Positions 37,980 to 43,045 of a stretch of DNA of 43,045 nucleotides are shown piece by piece. The translations under genes and the position numbers were made by a program. Source of the DNA: a virus (Duplodnaviria; Caudoviricetes); IMG/VR virus record IMGVR_UViG_3300032326_000838, positions 1-43,045 of that record; one strand, 5' to 3'. How positions within the stretch are numbered: the stretch's first letter is position 1; every line of letters begins with the position of its first letter. The notes beneath the pieces were generated by a model, which was not told the origin of the DNA, did no database searches, and was given only the letters and a program-made list of their open reading frames with translations.

Positions 37980-38639
37980 TTAAGGCCTGCGTGGTCTGCG
38001 GGGAAACGCAGACTGTCGGCAGACTTGCGGCAGACTTGCAGCGCCTGTAGACGCGTCTACATTACAGTCCCCGCTTAAGCGCTCAATCAGGCTGGCACCC
38101 TTGTCCGTGAGAAACAGGTTGCCCTTGTGCTGATGGAGCAGGCCGTAGCACTTGAGCGCCGCAACACCCGAACGGGCGGTGACGGAGGCGAGCATGTCCT
38201 GCACCGTGGCAATCGGGCAGGCTGCGCCCATCTCGTTGCAGACATCGACCGCTTCGAGGACGGCAAGAAAGCTGAAGTGGGGCAGTCGTTCGCTCTGTGG
38301 CGCCGGTTGTTGGATGCTCTCCAGAAACCAGCCATCCATCCAGACCGCAAACTGCGGGGAGATCCAGCGGGCCAGGTCCACGGCAAGGCGTGGATGGATC
38401 CAGGTGCCCTGTAGCTCGTGGCGCCCGCCTTGAATGGAGGTCGCCAAGTCCGTGGTCGGAATTCCGACTACGGCTGCCAGAGCTGCGATGTAGTCCTGGG
38501 TGCGGGCGTTGGCCTGGTAAAGAGTCCACCGTTTTCGGTTCGCCTGGCACATGGCCGTGGCGTTGACATATCCGTCGCTGATGCGACGACTGATCGGCGT
38601 GTCATTCCACACGCGGACAGCAAGCCCAGAGGGGTTCAT
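37980..38639 (-). CDS. KilA-N domain protein (antirepressor-like)
   Basis: DGYVNATAMC...GTWIHPRLAVDLARWISPQF. Confidence 0.92.
   Translation of the reverse strand: MNPSGLAVRVWNDTPISRRISDGYVNATAMCQANRKRWTLYQANARTQDYIAALAAVVGIPTTDLATSIQGGRHELQGTWIHPRLAVDLARWISPQFAVWMDGWFLESIQQPAPQSERLPHFSFLAVLEAVDVCNEMGAACPIATVQDMLASVTARSGVAALKCYGLLHQHKGNLFLTDKGASLIERLSGDCNVDASTGAASLPQVCRQSAFPRRPRRP
38008..38061. repeat. arm-type repeats GCAGACT x3 (11-bp period) plus 16-bp palindrome TGTAGACGCGTCTACA
   Basis: Units at 38008, 38019, 38030; palindrome 38046-38061. Confidence 0.75.
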
Positions 38640-38751
38640 AGGGTCTGATCGTGTTTGGGGTCAGGCACTGCTGCTTGACTGCGAAAGGGTAGCAGCATCT
38701 CTGCGCAAGTACGGCAAGCCGTGTTTTGCCCCAAGGTTCCCCGTCAACAGG

Positions 38752-38782
38752 AAAGGGCCCACGGGAAACCCGCAGACCCTTT
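38752..38782 (-). terminator. hairpin/terminator upstream of KilA-N
   Basis: AGGGTCTGCGGG-TTT-CCCGTGGGCCCT then TTCCTGTT. Confidence 0.55.
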
Positions 38783-38878
38783 ACCCGGCAGGGCCTCCAG
38801 TACGGCTCACGGCTCCGGCCACGTCAACCAGAGCCACCGCTCCCGCCTTACGGTTGGGGCCGACCCAGCAGCGCAAGA

Positions 38879-39349
38879 TTAGTCGTTGCTCTTCGGCCTG
38901 ATATCCCCCCATGAGGAGAGAGCAGTCACCACCAGCCACATCAAAGCGTAGGGGTCGTTGACCTCCAGCTTGAAGGCCTTGGCCAAATCCATCACGTCAT
39001 CCATGCTCGGCCGCAGAAAATGAGCCGGATACGGGGGTATAAAAGCTCTTGTTGCCGCGTCAAAGAACGCCTTGACGGCAGCATCGGCAATCTCGGCCAC
39101 GCGGTCGCTGTCTTCGGCTATCAGGGCAAAATCATCTGGGCCCATGGTCCCAACGCCCCATGCCTCCCATACGCGCAGGCATTCATAAGACCTGCCTAGG
39201 GCATCGGCGACGGCCTGGGCAACGGCTTCGCGGTGTTCGTCGTTGAGATAGGCCGCCTCGGCCGGCGCGGGCGCCGTTGGCCCCAGGGTTTCAGTGGTGC
39301 TCATGGTTTTTGGTTGATAGGTGGCCTTGATGCGTAAAGGGATGATCAT
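38879..39349 (-). CDS. hypothetical protein
   Basis: YECLRVWEAWGVGTMGPDDF segment; start 39349 or 39304. Confidence 0.7.
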   Translation of the reverse strand: MIIPLRIKATYQPKTMSTTETLGPTAPAPAEAAYLNDEHREAVAQAVADALGRSYECLRVWEAWGVGTMGPDDFALIAEDSDRVAEIADAAVKAFFDAATRAFIPPYPAHFLRPSMDDVMDLAKAFKLEVNDPYALMWLVVTALSSWGDIRPKSND

Positions 39350-39609
39350 TTGGTCTCCAGTAGTGAAAGCTGGCCCGGCACTTCTGCCGGCGGCGGCGCT
39401 GGGCGCCTGCGGTACGCGGTCTTCGGTGGTGGGTTCAACTGGCGCCGGATCTCATCGCGCCAGGTCTTGTACGGGTGCATGCTGCGCTGGCCGTAGGGGT
39501 AGGCCTCCAACAGGGCGGCACGCAGTGCCTTGGGGTCCGTGGTGCCCACCCGCTGGGTCACTTCGGTGATGATCGGGCGGCAGTGGTCGCGCCAGGTGGT
39601 CCAGGCCAT
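39346..39609 (-). CDS. hypothetical protein
   Basis: MAWTTWRDHC...AYPYGQRSMHPYKTW; TGATG-coupled to integrase. Confidence 0.75.
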   Translation of the reverse strand: MAWTTWRDHCRPIITEVTQRVGTTDPKALRAALLEAYPYGQRSMHPYKTWRDEIRRQLNPPPKTAYRRRPAPPPAEVPGQLSLLETK

Positions 39610-40598
39610 CACGCTGCCTCCAGCACCCGGGCGCACTCGGCCAGGGCGTTCACGTCCACATGGGCGTAGCGCTGGACGGCCTGCAGGCTGCGCCAGCCAC
39701 CCCATTTCATCAGTTGAAACTGGGAAATCCCGGCAGTCGCCAGCTTGGATGCGCAGGTGTGCCTGCAGCTGTGAATCACCAGGGCCGGGTCATTGATGCC
39801 GCAACCTGCGGCGGCCTTGTCGAACAGGCGCTCGAACTGGTTGTAGGAGTAGGGCCAGACCCGGTGCCCTGGCCTGGCTGGCAGGTGCGGGCTGATTGCG
39901 TCCACGGCGCGCCTCGTCAGCGGAACTGATCTGGCGTCGCCGTTCTTGGTGTCGTGGAAGCTGACGGCAGGCTTGGTCAGGTTCACATCACCGCCCCGCA
40001 ACTTTTCAGCCTCGCCCCAGCGGCAGCCGGTCTCAAGCAACCAGACCAGCAGGCCAGCCGCGGCGGGCTCCCCGTGGGCCTGGAGCCACCGAGCCATGGC
40101 GTCACGCTCCCAGTCGGCCACCACCCGGTCGCGGGTGTTGGTTTCCTTGAGCTGCCGGGGCAGCCGTGGGGCGCTGCCAATCTTTCCGTGCAGCTGGGCA
40201 TCGGCCACCATGGCCTTTACAGCGCTCACTTTTTTGTTGATGGTGGCGGGCTGGTTGCCACCTGCTGCCAGGGCCTGCCGCCATCGCTCGATCCCCGGGG
40301 CATCGATGCTGGCCAGGGGCGTGGTGGGGCCGAAGAAATCGACCGCCGCCTTGGAATAGATAGCGGCCACCCGCTCGTAGCTGGTGTTGGCCCATCTGAT
40401 CTGCAGGCTGAGGGTGCGAGCCTCGGCGATCGTGAATCCTGCAGGCGCTCCCTGCGCTGCTGCACGGTGGGCGATGCGCTCCAGCAGCTGCGCCTCTGCT
40501 GCCATGGCCTCGGCCTTGGTCTGGCGCTGGGCAGTGAGTCGCTGGCCGCCAACGGAAACGTCAGCTATCCAGCCTTTTGCTGTCTTTCGAATCGTCAT
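39609..40598 (-). CDS. int: tyrosine integrase
   Basis: Catalytic R (TGCRWGE), K (TKNG), HxxR (HSCRHT), W (GGW), Y (QRYAH). Confidence 0.95.
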   Translation of the reverse strand: MTIRKTAKGWIADVSVGGQRLTAQRQTKAEAMAAEAQLLERIAHRAAAQGAPAGFTIAEARTLSLQIRWANTSYERVAAIYSKAAVDFFGPTTPLASIDAPGIERWRQALAAGGNQPATINKKVSAVKAMVADAQLHGKIGSAPRLPRQLKETNTRDRVVADWERDAMARWLQAHGEPAAAGLLVWLLETGCRWGEAEKLRGGDVNLTKPAVSFHDTKNGDARSVPLTRRAVDAISPHLPARPGHRVWPYSYNQFERLFDKAAAGCGINDPALVIHSCRHTCASKLATAGISQFQLMKWGGWRSLQAVQRYAHVDVNALAECARVLEAA

Positions 40599-40920
40599 GT
40601 CGGGCGAGTTGTTGGATTTGCTTGTATAAAAGCCGGCCTTTAGTGGTGAGACTAATAATGAACCGGCGCCCTTCCTCCTGATCTGGGGTAGTGGTTATCA
40701 GTCCTAGCCCTGGCTTGCCGTTGCGATGAACAGAAGCCAGGGCGTTAACGGTCCTGCTGACCGAGCTGTTGGCTAGGTCTAGTTCTTCCTCCAGATCACG
40801 GTAGCGGCACTGACCGCGACGCCCCACCGCCAGGAACAAGCGGCAATGATGGAGCGGAACATTTGCCGGATCGTCATACTGCCCCGAGAAAAGGGCTAGG
40901 ACCATCTCCAACTGATCCAT
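40561..40920 (-). CDS. MarR-like winged-HTH regulator
   Basis: DLEEELDLANSSVSRTVNAL...GLGLI...EGRRFIISLTTKG; upstream of int. Confidence 0.85.
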   Translation of the reverse strand: MDQLEMVLALFSGQYDDPANVPLHHCRLFLAVGRRGQCRYRDLEEELDLANSSVSRTVNALASVHRNGKPGLGLITTTPDQEEGRRFIISLTTKGRLLYKQIQQLARHDDSKDSKRLDS

Positions 40921-41207
40921 GGGTGGGATGCAACCGTAGTGCCCAACACGCTAGGGCACTTAACCCCACTCGTCATAATCTCATCATTAACCCTGGCTTG
41001 GAGGCTGCGCTCCAGCGCAACCAGTTCGTCCGACAGTGCCTGTGTGAAGGCCTCAGATGCGGTCAAACGGCGCTCGGTCCACAGGATTTTGACCAGCAGG
41101 AGGCGGTATGGCTCCAGCTCTGGGTACTCAACAAGGGTGCATCCCACTCCATGGCTAAACAGAGTGTCGAATACGGAGCCGATGCACAAGGGTTTAGTGG
41201 TTGCCAT
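40896..41207 (-). CDS. hypothetical protein
   Basis: Coupled early ORF. Confidence 0.55.
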   Translation of the reverse strand: MATTKPLCIGSVFDTLFSHGVGCTLVEYPELEPYRLLLVKILWTERRLTASEAFTQALSDELVALERSLQARVNDEIMTSGVKCPSVLGTTVASHPWISWRWS

Positions 41208-41529
41208 TTGTTGTTTGGGTAAGGAAAATCTGCCGCTCGGGATACGGCAGGTGCGGGTGCGGCCTGGTGTCCACCAGCCGGAACGGGCTGTTTCTGGTTT
41301 TGCCGGGGCCCAGGTTGACGGGGCGCCCCGATAGAAGGAAGACCGATCGCTGAACGGCGTGCAGGCCCATGCTCGATGCGGCCATCAGCTCCCGGTAGGT
41401 GTCCCGACCGGCTGCGATCCACAGCAAGACCTCGACATCCCTGCTTTTGAGGTTGAGCCCTGCCGCCTTGGCTACCTCGCGCATGGCCCTGAACCTGCCG
41501 GCCAGGGCGGCGCATTCAGCGGCGTCCAT
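41194..41529 (-). CDS. second wHTH/MarR-like protein
   Basis: RDVEVLLWIA..DTYRELM..SMGLHAVQRSVFLL...RQIFLT parallels 40561-40920. Confidence 0.65.
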   Translation of the reverse strand: MDAAECAALAGRFRAMREVAKAAGLNLKSRDVEVLLWIAAGRDTYRELMAASSMGLHAVQRSVFLLSGRPVNLGPGKTRNSPFRLVDTRPHPHLPYPERQIFLTQTTNGNH

Positions 41530-41704
41530 TGCGCTGTGCCTCCCTGTAGAGAAAGGCCCCCACGTAATCGCGCACGCGGGGCTTGCCCTTGGCCTTGGGG
41601 TACCGGGTCGGCCGGGCCGGTGGCTTCGGGTGCAGCCTGCCGGCCAGGGCGCAGGGCCCCAGTAGCAGGACCAGCAGCAGGAGGGCGACGATGAGGCCTG
41701 TCAT
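41516..41704 (-). CDS. small membrane-anchored basic protein
   Basis: N-terminal hydrophobic helix, ATGA coupling. Confidence 0.55.
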   Translation of the reverse strand: MTGLIVALLLLVLLLGPCALAGRLHPKPPARPTRYPKAKGKPRVRDYVGAFLYREAQRNGRR

Positions 41705-41910
41705 TCTTCCTCTCCCAGCTCTTCTCTCACATGCTCCTGGATCAAATCATCAAGCGCGCAAATCGCCGTTTGCGCCGCTTGCATTGCGTCTTTGATTTTG
41801 CTGGGAATAGCGCGAGGGTTTGACGCCCAAGTCGCTGCAATGTTTTGGGAAAAATTGGTAGCCGCTGGACCAAGATCGCGCCAGTCCTGGTATTTGCATG
41901 TGTTGGGCAT
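41701..41910 (-). CDS. hypothetical early protein
   Basis: Start MPNTCKY after the repeated leader element. Confidence 0.6.
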   Translation of the reverse strand: MPNTCKYQDWRDLGPAATNFSQNIAATWASNPRAIPSKIKDAMQAAQTAICALDDLIQEHVREELGEEE

Positions 41911-41982
41911 GGCTTTGTTCTGTCGGGTGAATAGCTGCTGAGGGCAGCAGGGGCCCAATGGTGGGCCCGTGATGCCGTCAGG
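41908..41982 (-). repeat. twin-hairpin leader element, copy 1
   Basis: Near-identical to 42748-42820. Confidence 0.85.
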
Positions 41983-42364
41983 CCCAGGTTTCCTCGCTGA
42001 ACCGATATGGGTAAACAGAAGAACCCCATAGCTCAACCCATCTAATAAGCGCTTCATTCCTGCCGGTGTCCCTGTCGCGCACCACCAGCGCTAGGTCTAC
42101 CTCGTTCATGGCGGCAAGGTGCATAACTGCTGCCATCGCTGCGCTGTGCCTGTTGGTGGAGCTGGCGACCATTTGACCCGGGCCGAATAACGCCTCGCGC
42201 CAAGTGCTTACGGGCTGACCAGAGACCCAGCAATACACGCCATAGGAGGCGTTTAGCCCGTTGATTGGCCCCGCGTAGTCAATCGGCTCTGCATCGTCTG
42301 CGTCGGTGACGCCATGGGCCAGGCTGGTTACCTCGTGGGCGGGAACGGCGATAAGTCGGTTCAT
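41978..42364 (-). CDS. hypothetical early protein
   Basis: Start MNRLIAV after TCACCCGAC. Confidence 0.6.
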   Translation of the reverse strand: MNRLIAVPAHEVTSLAHGVTDADDAEPIDYAGPINGLNASYGVYCWVSGQPVSTWREALFGPGQMVASSTNRHSAAMAAVMHLAAMNEVDLALVVRDRDTGRNEALIRWVELWGSSVYPYRFSEETWA

Positions 42365-42552
42365 GGTTGGTTGGATGTCGGGTGAGTATTGAACAAGGGG
42401 CCAAGAACGCTCCCATCGAGCGCTAGGTACCCCTGGGCAGGCTTGGCGTCGATCGTTTGCGGGCCCCACTCCTGCGAGGGGCCAGGGAGGCCAGGGAGTG
42501 GATCCATCCGGTATCTGGCGGGCTTGGGTACCCGTGGGATGCGACGGGTCAT
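42361..42552 (-). CDS. hypothetical early protein
   Basis: Short ORF, ATGA-coupled; weak support. Confidence 0.4.
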   Translation of the reverse strand: MTRRIPRVPKPARYRMDPLPGLPGPSQEWGPQTIDAKPAQGYLALDGSVLGPLFNTHPTSNQP

Positions 42553-42555
42553 GGG

Positions 42556-42750
42556 TCAGGTCTGCCCATCGGGGCTGCCGTCTGCTGCGGTAACGGCGAA
42601 TTGGCGATCCGGGTAGGTCTTGGCCAGAGCAGCGGCGCGGGTGAGCAACTGCGAGCGGTTGGCGTCTGCGTGTTGGTGGTGCCAGCGCCGCCAGCCGTCA
42701 GATGGGCAGCCGCTTAGATCAGGGGAGCGGCACCAGAGAGACCAGAGCAT
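42556..42750 (-). CDS. hypothetical early protein
   Basis: Starts right after leader copy 2. Confidence 0.55.
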   Translation of the reverse strand: MLWSLWCRSPDLSGCPSDGWRRWHHQHADANRSQLLTRAAALAKTYPDRQFAVTAADGSPDGQT

Positions 42751-42820
42751 GGTTTGTCGTGTCGGGTGAGTGCTGCTGAGGGCAGCAGGGGCCCAAAGGC
42801 GGGCCCGTGATGCCGTCTGG
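42748..42820 (-). repeat. twin-hairpin leader element, copy 2
   Basis: Near-identical to 41908-41982. Confidence 0.85.
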
Positions 42821-42980
42821 TGGTGTCAGGCGACGCTGGTTGCGACCCGCCGCTGGCGACGGCTGCGGCGTGCCACTGGTGCAGGTGCTGCCACGGCCGC
42901 CTCGATCTCATCGGCAGCCGCCGCCAGGTCCGCATCTGCAGCATCTGCAGCAGCACGCAGATCAACGATCGCTGCTAGTG

Positions 42981-43008
42981 CCATTGATTCCATTGATTCC
43001 ATTGATTC
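42981..43008. repeat. 9-bp tandem repeat (CCATTGATT x3)
   Basis: ccattgatt ccattgatt ccattgatt c read directly. Confidence 0.9.
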
Positions 43009-43045
43009 ATCGGATGCCGGTGTCGCTGGCTTGCGGGGAATGAAG

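Noticed and set aside
41908-42820. CRISPR array
   Set aside because: Only two long copies ~840 bp apart separated by ORFs; no regular spacers and no cas genes

Overview
The window looks like an essentially complete ~43 kb, GC-rich, temperate T7-like podovirus genome (Autographiviridae-type), most likely infecting a picocyanobacterium (host is inferred). Most genes are on the minus strand in T7 order, read right to left: small early genes, two MarR-like wHTH regulators, tyrosine integrase, KilA-N, attP, single-subunit RNA polymerase, SSB, RuvC-like resolvase, exonuclease, portal, scaffold, major capsid, tail tubes A/B, internal virion proteins, tail fibre, holin and small terminase. The endolysin and a large-terminase block sit on the plus strand. 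The attP is intact, so this is the unintegrated form, and its core is the 5' half of tRNA-Leu(UAA). Main oddities: (1) no T7 DNA polymerase, primase-helicase or endonuclease I is recognisable, and an initiator/helicase-loader-like gene pair plus RuvC occupy their place; (2) the 5'-half tRNA attP is followed by a terminator that guards the RNAP gene; (3) two separate recurring cis-motifs occur, a 14-bp pseudo-palindrome CTNCA-N4-TGNAG at middle/late gene starts and TCACCCGAC just before start codons; (4) tail tube A is fused to collagen repeats; (5) three coupled membrane micro-ORFs. All protein calls come from motif recognition and synteny by eye; no searches were run.
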